A DNA stretch of 64,000 bases from Epithemia pelagica (lineage: Eukaryota; Protista; Bacillariophyta). Positions within the stretch are counted from its first letter, which is position 1; each line of letters starts with the position of its first letter. The translations under genes and the position numbers were made by a program. The notes below the pieces were generated by a model. That model made no database searches. It was given only the letters and a program-made list of their open reading frames with translations, and had not been told where the DNA came from. Below are positions 21,361 to 34,109 of this stretch, piece after piece. The stretch is taken from the NCBI GenBank assembly GCA_946965045.2, contig OX337234.1:868001-932000 (forward strand), written 5' to 3'.

Positions 21361-21958
21361 TTGGATTGGCGGCTTGATTCGACTCTGCGATGTAGTGCCA
21401 AGTCTCGTTCTTTCCAATTTTCTTTTTGCTTTCTGCTTCCGTCAATGGATGCCTCCATTGTCACACATTCGCTTCATGTAGGTGCGTCACACCTGGCACC
21501 ATTCAGTCATGAGCTCAAGGTAATCCGGGACTCGAAAGATCCAGCCGGAGATTCGGCGGAGCATCCGGGACTCGCAACGGATGAAACGAACGGAATGGAC
21601 CCCCAAAATTCAAAATTCTCCTCGTTTAATAGACCTGGCGACCACGGAATGTCCCCCAAATTTGGCCCCATGTAGTCGGCGCGGAACTGACACGTGTGCA
21701 AGACCAAACGGACCCCAAGCTACAACTTTCTCACATTTTGAATCTCGATTTTTATGGAGCTCATGACTGTGACATGCTATTCCCATAAACAACAAGGCTT
21801 TTGCTCGACATTGCTCCAGTGCATGGACTCTCTTTCACTTGGTGGTGGGATTCTTTTTGGCACAACGAGAAACGGTGGAGTGAAACGATTTCGCTGTTTC
21901 ACTGCGCATAATTTTTGTGCACCGTCAACAGGAACGCGACAAAGCAAAGCGCATCAGG

Positions 21959-23666
21959 ATGAACACGAAAAACCTTGGTGCAACTTCCTCAGGGAGCATG
22001 CTCATCCTTGCAGCACTTTTGAGTCATCTTGTAGCATTTGCCTTTGCCGAAGACAACTCAACATGTACCCTTTGCCCTCCAGGAGAAGCAGTGACTCTCC
22101 CAGATCAATTTGTCAGAATTGATTTGGGCCCAACTGCGGGCAATTTGCTGCAAACTTGTTCCTTCTTTGAAAATATCATTCCCGAAGAACAAGGAGAGTG
22201 TCCCACTGTTTCACCGAGCATTCAAGACGACTGTGGATGTCTTCCATTCTCCAGCAGCCCTTCCGTATCTCCCATTTCGTCTCCCATTTCGTTTTCGGAC
22301 GCTCCCTCTTTTGTCGCTCCGTCGACGATCTGCGGTTGTCAGCCCTCGGAATACGTGTTTCAGTTGAACTTTTCCTCTCCCTGTGCACTGGATGCCTTTG
22401 GACCAGAGGGCATTGAAGCACAAGGCTGCCGAATCGATACGGATGCGACAGATACTACCTATGTGTCTGTTCGAACTGTTTTTATATACGAGGAAGACCA
22501 AAACGGGGCAGAAGCTGGACGTCGGCTCGCGACTGGACTCTTTGATGAGGGAGCTGAGATTGTGTACCAGTCAGCCATACTCCTCAACACCAATGTTACG
22601 AATCCCCCCAAGATTCTCGAAGTGGTACTTCGAGGCACCAACAGCCAACAGGAACCGATTACATCACGATGGAGCGTTACATTCACCAATGAGTGTGATG
22701 TATTTCCTGTAATCAGAGGTGGCGAAGAAACACTTAATACCATGATTGTAAGTGCAAGCTATACAGTGTCGACCCGACGTGCCCGTGCTATAAACTCACG
22801 CATCTTTTTCTTGTAATACTGTTCGACGACAACAGATTGAAACACGTGATCCACCCCGTGAATTTTGTCCAGTTGTACCGACCGATCTTCCATCGTCCGA
22901 GCCGTCCATTGCTCCAGTTCCCGTGCCAACACCTCCTCCAGTTCCCGTGCCAACACCTCCTCCGGCTTTCGTGCCAACACCACCCCCTGTAGTTGCTCCA
23001 ACTTGTGCTCCAACGAAGGACAAAAAGACCAAACGCATGAAAGGTAAGAAAGAGAGCAAGGATTCCAGGGGTAAGAAAGTTGTCAAAACACCCAAATCTC
23101 CCAAAGCCACCAAGGATTCGAAGGGAGACAAGGATTCGAAGGGAGACAAAGACTCGAAGGGAGATAACGCCGCGAAGAAAGACAAGGCCGCGAAGGATGA
23201 CAAAGGTAAGAGACGTGATGTGACGTCGCTTTTAGGTTGTTTTGGATACACGAGAACTCATCACCGGTCCATGTTCGTTCCCTGTAACAAAACAGGCAAA
23301 GGGTATTACAGAATGCTCCAGGAGATGGACATGGATTCAACTCGAATCGTCAACCAGGGAGAAAATGCCCGCGGCTTGAACGTGAAGCCAACTACTGAGC
23401 CCACGCTGTGTCCTGAGGACGAGGAACACGACGACGATGATGATTACGAAGACTACGACGACTACTACGGAAAAGGCGGCACTGGAAAGAAGGAAAAGGG
23501 CGAAAAGGATGAGGATGACAAGAGTGGCAAGAAGGACAAGACCTACCAAAAGAAGGACAAGAGCGGAAAGGATGAGGATGACAAGAGTGGCAAGAAGGAC
23601 AAGACCTACCAAAAGAAGGACAAGAATGACGACAAGAAGGCAAAGTACAAGGATTTTTCCTACTAG
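21959..23666 (+). CDS. Secreted silicanin-like/silaffin-like protein, paralog A; exons 21959-22747, 22836-23205, 23296-23666
   Basis: Signal peptide, CxxC Cys-rich module, CGCQPS...FTNEC domain, PT repeats, K/D/S-rich KxxK tail, RML motif; GT-AG introns of phase 0 and 1. Confidence 0.8.
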
Positions 23667-24356
23667 TCTCATCACCAAGTTACATGGAAAAATTTGTGCA
23701 TCAACTTGGCTGAACCCCGAGAGTGTTTCTGATTGTTCAGCACCTTCCACGGTTCCATTGCACGATGTGTGCACCTACTATACATATATCTAAACTATAC
23801 ATGTCATACATTCTTATCACATTTTCGTTTTGTCTCCCATATTCTTACGCGTTTCGATATTGGTCATCACAATTGAACCGACAGCGATTGAAGTTGTCAT
23901 GAAGTGCGACTGTTTTCATGGGTCATCCCGTCCGTCCTCTGGTCGTTTTCACAAGAAAATTTGGGTCATCCATTTGACGGGGGCGCATGCATCGGCATGT
24001 TGTATAGCTCAAAGTGTAGCATCGGTTGGTCTTGGTCGACCACGCCGCTCCAATTTGGATACGACAACAGAAGCTTCTTTTGCACTCACAATTAATTCCA
24101 CCGAGTTTGTCTGGCCCAATTTTGTGCTGTTCACAACCAGGTGCGTACGTTGGACCATACAATCCCATCCAAACAGAAACCAAAAGCAAAAGAATATTTG
24201 GAGATGTCGGTTCAGCGAACATATTTCACAACTCCTAGTCATGGAGTCCGATCATACATATCATAGAGACTAGAGTGGACCGACCAACGTCGTGTCATAT
24301 TCTCCTCTTCGTCGCAACTTGAAACGATTCATCCGCAGAAAAGAAGGACGGTAAAC

Positions 24357-25983
24357 ATGAGGAAATTTGGTACATCACGCCCGATGATGCTCACATGGAT
24401 GCTGGTGTTGATTGAGCTCTCAACATACGCTTTTGCAGATGACACACCAGAGCCATCAGGTTGTACGTTTTGTCCGGAGGGATCGGCCGTGAACTTCCCC
24501 AATCGTCCAGTCATTATCGACCTTGGACCTCCTCAAGGAGAGACCACACTTTCTTGCGGTCAATTTGAATTACTGTTCCCCGTAATTGGAGGAACATGTC
24601 CAGAAGTACCTGCCGAAACTCAGAGGTACTGTCTTTGTTTAGAAGTAAACCCTCCAACTCCAACTCTCGTTCCTACCCCCTTACCGACATTTGTACCATC
24701 GCCGGCGCCAACCGTAAGCTTGACGCCCTCCATCGAATTGTGTGGCTGTCAACCATCTGTTTTCTTTTTTGAAATGAGCTTTGCCTCTCCCTGTCCCCCC
24801 GAAAACGATGCGTTTGGACCGGATGGAGTCGCGGACCAGTCCTGTGAAGTGCAAGTAAGATCAGGCGAAGCTGTGTTTGGAGAAATTACAGTCGTGGTCA
24901 TTAGAGAGAAGGTGGGGACACGGACCGAAAGTATCTTCCTTAACGGGCCGTTTGCAAACGGGGAAGAGATTGTGTACGAATCGATCATGGTGACCAATTC
25001 GTCACTTACAAGGCCTCCCTCATCCCTCGACATGACTCTGCGAGGCACCAACACTGAAGGATTTCAAATGGTGGCAGAATGGGAAGTGGAATTTACCAAT
25101 GAGTGCGGTGTCTTTAACGTCATTAAAGGCGGGGAGGAAACTGCAGGAACCATTATTGTAAGTAAGAGTAATTGCACACACATCAGTCTCGAGAAAGAAA
25201 AGCACACTCACAACATTTTCATTTTTGTCTTTGACAGCGGTCTGTAAGCGATCCTCTCGAGCAATTCTGTCCGGTCCCAGAACCTACAGGGGCTCCTTCA
25301 AGAGTCACCACTCCCACACCCACAGAGGGACCATCGCCAAAGCCAACATCGAAACCTACAGGAGGTATTGCCCCCTCGTGCCCACCGGTAGGTGACCTTG
25401 GAAAGAAAACCAAAAAGAAAAAAGGTACCAAGGAATCCAAAGACGATAAGTCCAAAGGCTCAAAAGGAAGCAAAGGAAAGAAAGGTTCGGATGACAGTGA
25501 CAAGTCTTCCAAAAGCGACAAAGCATACAAAGGAAGCAAGGCTTCAAAGGGAGATTATAGCAAAGGTAAGACGGTTGTTTGCACCCCGCACTGCGACGTT
25601 TCATTTTTCGAACTCACACAGAGACCTTGTTCCTTTACCCAGGGTATCGTGTACTCCGCCGTAAGGGAGGATATACCGACGACTCGTACGATCCACTTTG
25701 TCCAGATCCTGATGACAGTGGCAAAGGTGGAAAGAAAGACTACTCGTACAGCAAAGGCAAGGGTAAGGGCTACTCTTACGACGACGACGACGAGAGCAAA
25801 GGTGGAAAGAAGGACGACTCATACAGCAAAGGCAAGGGCTACGGCTCTGGAAAGGGAAAGTATGACAAGGATATGAAATCAGAAAAAGATGACGATTCAG
25901 GGAAAAAGAATGCAAAAAGTAGTCCAAAAGCCTTTGAGAAAAAGGTGAAGCGGGGAAAGGAACGTCCTGATAAACTTCATTGA
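24357..25983 (+). CDS. Secreted silicanin-like/silaffin-like protein, paralog B; exons 24357-25157, 25238-25565, 25643-25983
   Basis: Same architecture and intron positions as paralog A; RVL motif; Y/G/K/S/D-rich tail (SYSKGKGKGYSY). Confidence 0.8.
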
Positions 25984-26922
25984 AAGTTCTGACAAAGGTG
26001 ATGACTTTTTTATTCCTGGGAGAACACCTTTATTCAGTTTCTGGGTGATGCAAGAGATAGGGTTTTCTGCCAGCTTTGATGTTTTACCTATTGACAGAAT
26101 GCCTGTACAACTATCTTACCTTTCATAACTAAGATATATATAGATGATGGATATTACGATTTACTATTCCTTCGGTTTTACATGCGTTTGTTGCCCGTGA
26201 TCGATACATTGGATTTCGTTTCACGTATACACGGCGTCCTATTGACTGTTGCTGGCATGGAAGATTTATCGTGGACGTTCGAAAGGCACAAGCTGGACCC
26301 CACATCATTTGCCGTGGATATCGAAAGCTTTCACCACATCCTTCTCAGTTTACGTCCGTCTTGAGAGTGGCCTGGTGTTCCAATCTCCAAGGATACCCCT
26401 TTTCGCCTTGCTTGGTCTTGTAATAGTACGCCTTATGACACGTGGAGGTGTAATTAGCAATAAATACGAAGGTCTACAATCCTTTTCTTGCTCACAAAGT
26501 CAGAGAAAGTGATATGCGGTTTACCGTGATATCGTTCGAGTTTCAATGAAATACGCAAAATTGTGTCAAAGCTTGTCCGTCCACACGAACGATCCCCCGG
26601 CGCGAACACGTGCCAGAAGTTGACGGGCAGTTGAAACATTGTCCAACAGAAAGCGGAGACTCTCCGGAACGCCAGTCGACTTCAAGTTTTTTATAAGACT
26701 GATTTCTTTATGCGCAATGCCCACTTTTTATAAATTTTTGGATTCCAAAATCGAGACGTTACCCACATACACTGCTTGCTTTTAAGGATTCAAAACCGTC
26801 CCAAATTTTGATGTGGCGGTCTTGCAGAGGGTGCTTCACAAGATGGAAAAGCGCATTTGATTGAGACAAAAAATTTGACTTTTCACACTAGATCGACGGC
26901 GTCTCCGACCGAGAAGGACGGA

Positions 26923-28692
26923 ATGAGACTACGACAACATGGACCAAGGCCACTGCTTTCTTTCCTTCGACCAGGGGGCATCTCGTTCATCCTAGCTTTC
27001 GTCCTGTTGACTCATGGTCAACCAGCGAACGCCGAAGATGAACTGGACTGCAGCTTTTGTGGTGAAGGACGAAGTGTGGATAATCCTACGGAAGAGGTGA
27101 CAGTGGACTTGGGGATTTTACCCACTCTCACAAATGGAACTTGTCAGTTTTTTGATGTGGCATTTCCACTTTTGGAAAACTGTCCCAGTGTACCGGAAAG
27201 TACGCGTGTAACCTGTTGTTCAGGGACTGGCGCACCTAGTTCATCGCCCTCGTTCTCGCCGACAGGCAATCCAACCACTGTTCCACCCACTCCTGTCCCA
27301 ACCAATGAGCCAACACAATCGCCTGTTCCACCCACTCCTGTCCCAACAAAAGACCCGTTCGTCATTGGAGAGGAGCTCTGTGGATGCCAGCCCTCGATCT
27401 ATGAATTTCAATTTAATTTTTCATCTCCCTGCCCAGCAGATAATGATGCCTTTGGACCGGCAGGTATTGCTGAGCAAAGTTGTCAAGTCACTTCAACATC
27501 ATCCGATTCTGTCCTTGTGGTCGTGAAGGAAGTGGTGATTGAAGAGACTGGTCAATCTGGGTCTGAATTGCGCAATGCGCTGCTCACAGGTCCCTTTCAA
27601 CAAGAAGATGTGATTGCTTTCGAATCTGCTATGCGGGTTGTCTCCGGTCTTGCGGAACCACCCAAGCAATTGGGTATGTTCATTCAAGGCGAAAATAAGG
27701 ACGGGATTGAAGTCAGGGCAGAGTGGTCGGTGGTGTTTACCAATGAATGTGATGTATTTCCCGTGATTCGGCAGTTCGATACGACTGTGGGAGTCTTTGT
27801 TGTAAGTAGGCTTCTTTGGGGACTGGTGGTTACCGTGATAGACCAGAAACATGACCTCAAACGCCTTTGCATTTCTGAATCCTCTCATTATTTGCACAGA
27901 AAGACGTGACAGATCCTCCCCTGTCCTTTTGCCCCGCCGCTGAAACTACAGACGCTCCGACAATGGCACCATCGCAACGGAAGGCGCCCACAGCCACGCC
28001 AACGAAAAATGACGCTCCTTCTCCATTGACGGCGAAACCGACCATGAAACCAACGCATCGGTACGAGGAAACACATGCACCTTCTTGTCCACCGGTTGGC
28101 TTTTATGGCAAAAAAGAGAAGGGAAAAAAGGAATCGGATAAAGACGACGACCACGACTACCAATCCCCCAAGCGAGGTAAAAAGTCGTCCAAAGGAGACT
28201 CGGATTACTCCAAATCTAAAGGCAAAGGGTACATGCATTCCAAGGGAGATAGGGACGACTCTTCTTCTGGGAAGAAATATATGTATTCTGGAGACAAGTC
28301 AGACAAGTCGTACAGAAGCAAATCTTCCAAAGAGAAAGGTAAGGATCGACACGAAAGGATCCAAAGTGAGTATATACTCCAATACTGACACTGGGAGGGT
28401 GCATATAGGCAAACGAAACAGGGATCTTCTCATGGAACTCGCAACAGACCAGACTTCAGAAAGGAAAGGCGAATACTCAAGCTCTGGAAACGAGCTTCGT
28501 AATCTGTACTGGTACAGCCCATCGTTGTGCCCTGGTGGAGACGGAGGAAAAGGATTGGGCCACGATGATTACAGTGGCAAGAAGCTGAAAAAGGTGGGTA
28601 AAAAGGAAAAGCAATACGACGATGAGATCTATGTTAAAAAGAAGAAAGCCAAGAAACGCATAGACAAACTTGAAAAGTCTAGCCACGACTAA
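26923..28692 (+). CDS. Secreted silicanin-like/silaffin-like protein, paralog C; exons 26923-27801, 27900-28338 (or 28365), 28409-28692
   Basis: Same architecture and intron positions; RDL and RNL motifs; KSSK/KSKGKGY tail. Confidence 0.8.
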
Positions 28693-29496
28693 GTTGCCGG
28701 CAGCAAGCAACAAACGCATTGAAACGATCAAGAATCTTCATAAAAGCGAGTGCGCGCTTGGGTAACCATTTGTCCCTTGCGTTGTGTCTCGTCACAACCA
28801 TCAACAATTTCATAAGTCTCGAAAATGGACGAGGTGGGGCGTTCCGTATCCTCCACCCCGATTCCGTTTTCCTCTCTCGATCTTTTGAGATTTCTTTCAT
28901 TTATATGGGCATTCGTGCGGAATAGCAGCACAACACCAAACAATTATTTCATATCAAACAGTATCACACACAAGTTCATCTCTGTCATAACATCATAATA
29001 CATAAGGGAATAAAAACATATGGTAATCGATTTTGCCTTCATCCGCGCCAATCTCTCGTTCTACTGAGACGTCGAGGCACTCATTTCGGGTCCAAACACC
29101 TTCTTCCACCTTTCTTTCCAAAACATATTTATGACGTGTCAAGCGCAAAGTATGGCTTCAATTTGGTGCATCAGACAAAATGCTATATCATGGACAATGT
29201 CGTCTACATAGCTCGCATCTCGTCATTTGAGTCTGTGAAAGTAGAAAACTAGTAGGGTTTCGACTAAAGCAAACATACTTTGCCTTTCTGCGACGAATTG
29301 ACCTGTTGATGGTTGTGGGATTAATCATATAATAATTCGGGTGATACACGAGTCCGCATGTCAATTCAACGCCCGGGCTAGCTTTGGTGTAATTGATGGA
29401 TTGTACGATGCTTTTGGTGTGATCACAAGTTGCCGGAACAGCACCATCAACGAAGCATTGAAAACTTGGAGCACCCAGTCGGGTGGAGATGACACA

Positions 29497-30480
29497 TCAG
29501 TAGTCAGCTGTTTTAGTATGTGACATCTGGAGAGGCATTTGCTCATCCAACTCGGCCTGAGCGTGCATGTCAATAACTTCCCCGGGAATCATTCCATCCT
29601 CGAGCGTCACATTACTTAAATTGGCCATATTCGCAAAACGTTGCAGATCTTTGAGACACCAAGTCATTCCGTTCCAATCAGGTACTTCAGTGAAGGGGCG
29701 GCCTACATCGTCTCCGCGGGGGTTCCTTATGAGTGGATCTGCAGGTAGAATGTGGCGGCCACCATTGATTGCGCATAACTCGTTCGCAAAACGCTCGTCC
29801 TTCACAATGACAAAAACTGCTACCTGAGCATCAAAGGCAACTTCATATAGACTGGAGACAAAATTTCTGTTGGCCTCTGATGAAGCCATGCCGTCAATAA
29901 TGAGGAGGGGCAACGCGGAGCAATTCGGACGGACCTTGGAAGAACCCACTTCCTCCACGTTGCTAATTTGTACCAGATTTGTTTCAAAGGAATGAGTACG
30001 GCAACTTCTTGCAAGAAACGTCTTTGCCAGTTCAATCGCTTCATTCACACTGCGAGGCTTGACGAGCGTTCGTTGGTCGGGTGGTCTCAAAGCCTGAATT
30101 AAGATGTCGTGAAGGAAAGGGGCAGCGTCGGGGGCACCTAAGTGCCTTTGACAGAACGAGAGCGGGACGTTTGTGGAATCACTAGCGCGAATCATGATGG
30201 CACGTGTGGGCCGTTGGCTGACATCGTAGTCGCCATGCAACAGGAAAAAGGCAGCGGTGGTCTTTCCAGATCCTGAAAGCCCACAACATACGTAAGTCTT
30301 TCCTGGAATTGCAGTAACATACAGCTCCCAAAATGCTTGGATAGAAGCTTTGCTTGCAACAACCGTCGAAATTTCTGGAACCCTCCCAAAAACCTCTCTC
30401 AAAGCTGCTGCCTCATCGAGTCTTTTCAGAAGCCAGAGCCACCGGCTGCCGTTCTCCATGCGCTGGAGGGTGTAATCCAT
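29497..30480 (-). CDS. P-loop NTPase (AAA+/STAND-like) of unknown function
   Basis: Walker A GLSGSGKT and Walker B LLIIDG; intronless, 327 aa. Confidence 0.75.
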   Translation of the reverse strand: MDYTLQRMENGSRWLWLLKRLDEAAALREVFGRVPEISTVVASKASIQAFWELYVTAIPGKTYVCCGLSGSGKTTAAFFLLHGDYDVSQRPTRAIMIRASDSTNVPLSFCQRHLGAPDAAPFLHDILIQALRPPDQRTLVKPRSVNEAIELAKTFLARSCRTHSFETNLVQISNVEEVGSSKVRPNCSALPLLIIDGMASSEANRNFVSSLYEVAFDAQVAVFVIVKDERFANELCAINGGRHILPADPLIRNPRGDDVGRPFTEVPDWNGMTWCLKDLQRFANMANLSNVTLEDGMIPGEVIDMHAQAELDEQMPLQMSHTKTADY

Positions 30481-30679
30481 GGTCGCATTGTTGACGAAGA
30501 ATTCTCATGACGACTTCGGTGAAAAGTGGTCGTAATTCTAGACTTTTAGGAGTACGTAACAAAAGGGGAGGAAGGGCTATGGCTATTTTGCTACTCGTAT
30601 GACCAAGACCGCGTCAGCGTAAGGGTAGCTACTGATAGGTAAGGTACAATAGTTAGTCTGATAGAGATGAGGTTTGAGT

Positions 30680-31395
30680 TTTTTGGCCCACAGACCACAG
30701 ACAGTCAAAACTTCATTCCAACAGCGTGAGGTATCTTCATCAATCCTCACAACAGGAACACCACCGATATTTGTACAAGCTGGTTCACGTTGCGAAGTGC
30801 ATGAGTTTTTCAGAGTGGGAAATTGTATACTACACTTTAGCCTACAGTACCCCAGCGTTTCGAACCAGTTACTTTTTCACGCTCCTCACATTTTGTCGCG
30901 CACATATCGTAAAATGCAAAATGCAATAACCACAAGTGACCGCTTCATGCGACAATGGCCAATCCGCGGGGGAAATGCGAAGCACCACCCAACCTAATCG
31001 ATAGGGTAGATATGAAAGTAGTAGGAAATCATAGGGGTGTCGCGCATTTCGACCTGTAGTTCAGTCTCCACAAGGAGTGAACGTATTTCCACTGCTGAGC
31101 ATCGTGGACAATCATTCTCCATCTCCTTAGCTGTGCCCATAAAAACAAATTTAACCTACTTCGTCTATTAGTTGCAGCAGTTCTTGTGCTTGCGGCCATG
31201 AATGGCATCGTATTTGCCCAAACATCGGCCGTCCCATTGTCATTGTCATGGGTGCTGTGCTCTGTGCTGCGGAAAATCACTATAGCATTTTATGTACGAT
31301 TTTTTTTTGGTACAGTCTTCTACACCAATATACTCATGCACTACGCAACGTGAACCAGCTTGTATCTTAGGAACAAAAATCGTCTGTGGGCTAGG
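30680..31395. repeat. Imperfect foldback / MITE-like inverted repeat
   Basis: 33-bp IR at 30774-30806 vs 31332-31364 (1 mismatch), plus GCCCACAGAC near both outer edges and weaker inner similarity. Confidence 0.65.
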
Positions 31396-31529
31396 TGCTA
31401 GGTGGCGAAAGAACTGGTCGCGCGCCAGCAGTCCGGTAGAAAACATGACCGCGACCTGCAAGACTAAATAGAAATCTCATTTAATACATGACGGCTAAGT
31501 AATCAAAAAGAACACGTGTGAGTCACCGG

Positions 31530-32260
31530 CTAGGCCCCTATTTTACAAATTTGAAGATTGATGTATCCTTTTGTACCAAACGGATACAGGACCAAATCTG
31601 GGGTACATTCGGCGAAGGATGAACTATGTACCCTTTTGATCGAACTGTACCCCCTTTGTCCCCAGCTGTACCCATGTATCCATTGGATACATTTTATACA
31701 TATTTTGTATCCGATGGATACAAAAACCAAGACACGCAGGCTCGCTCGCTAGATTTCTCTCATTCTAAAATAGTCCTACAATATCTACAATAGTGAGTTT
31801 CAGTGATTTTGCCGGCGTGACGTGATGCAACCCAAAATATGAACCTGTCAGTCAACCGTAAGGTCCTTATTTAACAAATATGATAAAATATGTATCCTTT
31901 TGTACCAAACGGATACAGGGGGTACATTCGGCGAAGGATGAACCATGTACCCTTTTGAACGAACTGTACCCCCTTTGTACCCAGTTGTACCCATGTATCC
32001 ATTGGATACATTTTATACATATTTTGTATCCGATGGATACAAAAACAACGACGCAGGCTCGCTCGCTAGATTTTTCTCATTCTTAAATAGTCTTGTGGAT
32101 GTTCGAATACATAAGCTTATTCAAGATTAGAATAACGGACATACAACCGTATCTTACAAAATTTACAATAGTGATTTTTAGTGATTATGCCGGCGTGACG
32201 AGATGCGTTGAAACCATTTTACCCATCGGGATTGGGTCTGACCCGAAAAATGAACCTTGG
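31530..32260. repeat. Tandem duplication of an ~330-400 bp AT-rich unit rich in TGTATCC...GGATACA palindromes
   Basis: Units at ~31530-31860 and ~31861-32260 are near-identical over ~200 bp and include TGTATCCATTGGATACA and TGTATCCGATGGATACA. Confidence 0.9.
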
Positions 32261-32311
32261 CTGCAGATATCGGTGGTGTTCCAGACCCTCACATCACAGG
32301 CCCAAGTCGAA

Positions 32312-33752
32312 ATGTCGGACTCAGTCAGAACATTGATAGCGATAAGGAACTATTACATCCAGCAAACTACAAAACTACAAAACCATTCTCGACAAGCTTG
32401 CTGACAAAACTGGAACAAAACGATCCCGCGCAAGATGTAGTAGCGGTAAACTACCTCGATGCACGAGGACCGGAAATAACCAAGCTCTACCATGCCCTTC
32501 AGCAAAACACTGTCTTGGAGGAAATTTGTTTCAATTCCCCTATAGCGATGGAAGAAGGATCCGATGAGTTCCTTCGTATACTCCCAGAGGGAAAATTTCG
32601 GCTCAAATCGCTTTTAATGCATCGTCGAGAGAACTTTTTTGGAGAGTATTTGTCTCCCGAATTTTCTGGTTTCTCCTGTGAGCTCTTACGCATCCTTTCA
32701 ACTGTCTCATGTACTAAGAACAGTTTAGAAACACTGGCTTTGATAAATGGCACTTTTGAAGGACCATGTGGAAAGAAGGAGATGGTGTCAAAGAATCTCT
32801 GTTCGACATTTTTGTTGGCATACCATCGTTGCGTGATGTTAGCCTTACCGAGGAAAGAATTCTTCCAAATGGCTTACTTGGCCTTGCACAAGGACTTGCC
32901 CAGAGGAGCAGTGTGGTGGATTTGGATCTCTCGCATAACCACCACGTGGGCAATCCTATTGTGTGCTCAAGCCTTGCTCAAGCACTTGTGGCAAACAAAA
33001 CACTCAAGAAACTAGATATGGTCGACTGTGATCTTAATGAAAGTGACATGAACGCTCTTTTGACGGCATTGCAAGAGAACCAAACTCTCAAGGTTTTAAA
33101 TATCGATTACAACAATTTTACTCGCCATGGAATTGAAACAATTCTTGTTCCGTTGTTGCCTGGTCTGAACCTGAAAGTGCTGTATCTAAAGAAGAATTTT
33201 GGAGGCTATTTTTGCCATGATGCTACGGAAAAAGAATGTGACAAACTGGTCGGGAGAATAGTCATGTCATTGCAAAACAGTTCTACCTTGAAAGTGTTGG
33301 ATCTGGGCTATTCTTACCACACTTAATTATCCGATGAGGCTCGTTCACTGTACCCTTTGGTCCTTCAGGAAAAACGAATGGCTGCTGGAAAGCCCTTCTA
33401 CAGCACATTGGATCAACGATTGCAACTCTACTTGGGTGCAGCTCACCGTGGATTCAATAAGTTTTGGCAATTGCGCCTGGCTGAAAACGAGTCTCGACGA
33501 ACCGCAGACCGGAGCACGGTAGGTCCAAGCCTCGTACCCTTGCGATTGTTGGTCCCTCGAATATTACATCGCCTCGATCAAGCCTGCCATTCGCGCGAAC
33601 TCGAGGGAGACATGTATTTTTATGTGCGCAAGCTGGTGGAATGGGGAGACTTTGGTCTACGACAAGGATCCTACAAACGTGGTCATTCTACGAGGTACAG
33701 AACCCCATCTTTCCAGAGAGCTACTTTGTATTATTGGGGCAATCCACCATGA
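32312..33752 (+). pseudogene. RNI-like LRR protein pseudogene (paralog of 43551-44903 and 51022-52362)
   Basis: Compared with the paralogs: frameshift just after the homologous ATG, 1-bp deletion at ~32770 (GGAAAGAAGG vs GGGAATGAAGG), and in-frame TAA at 33324-33326. Confidence 0.85.
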
Positions 33753-34109
33753 CTTGCAACTACAACTTTGTCCAATGCAAAGGAATGAGGTGCGGTACTA
33801 TACCCGTATTCCTGCTGCTCTGCATCACCTACTCTTGACAAATGGGCTACCAGTCTTAGAGACATTGGGTCTAACAAAACACTAGAGAAGACATGGACGA
33901 TACGCGAATGAATTCCCTTTCGTAGACCTTGTTACTCTGGTTCTTGACATTGTCGGGATTCCAGGATGGTTCTCGTCTCCACACCCATTCCTGCAAACAC
34001 GTCTTGTCGGAGTCGTCGTCATTTTGCATTCGTCCATGGTTTGTGGAATCTGCGACAGTTGAATCATCGCCGAGGCCAACAGGATAATCAAACAACACTT
34101 CTTTATCCA

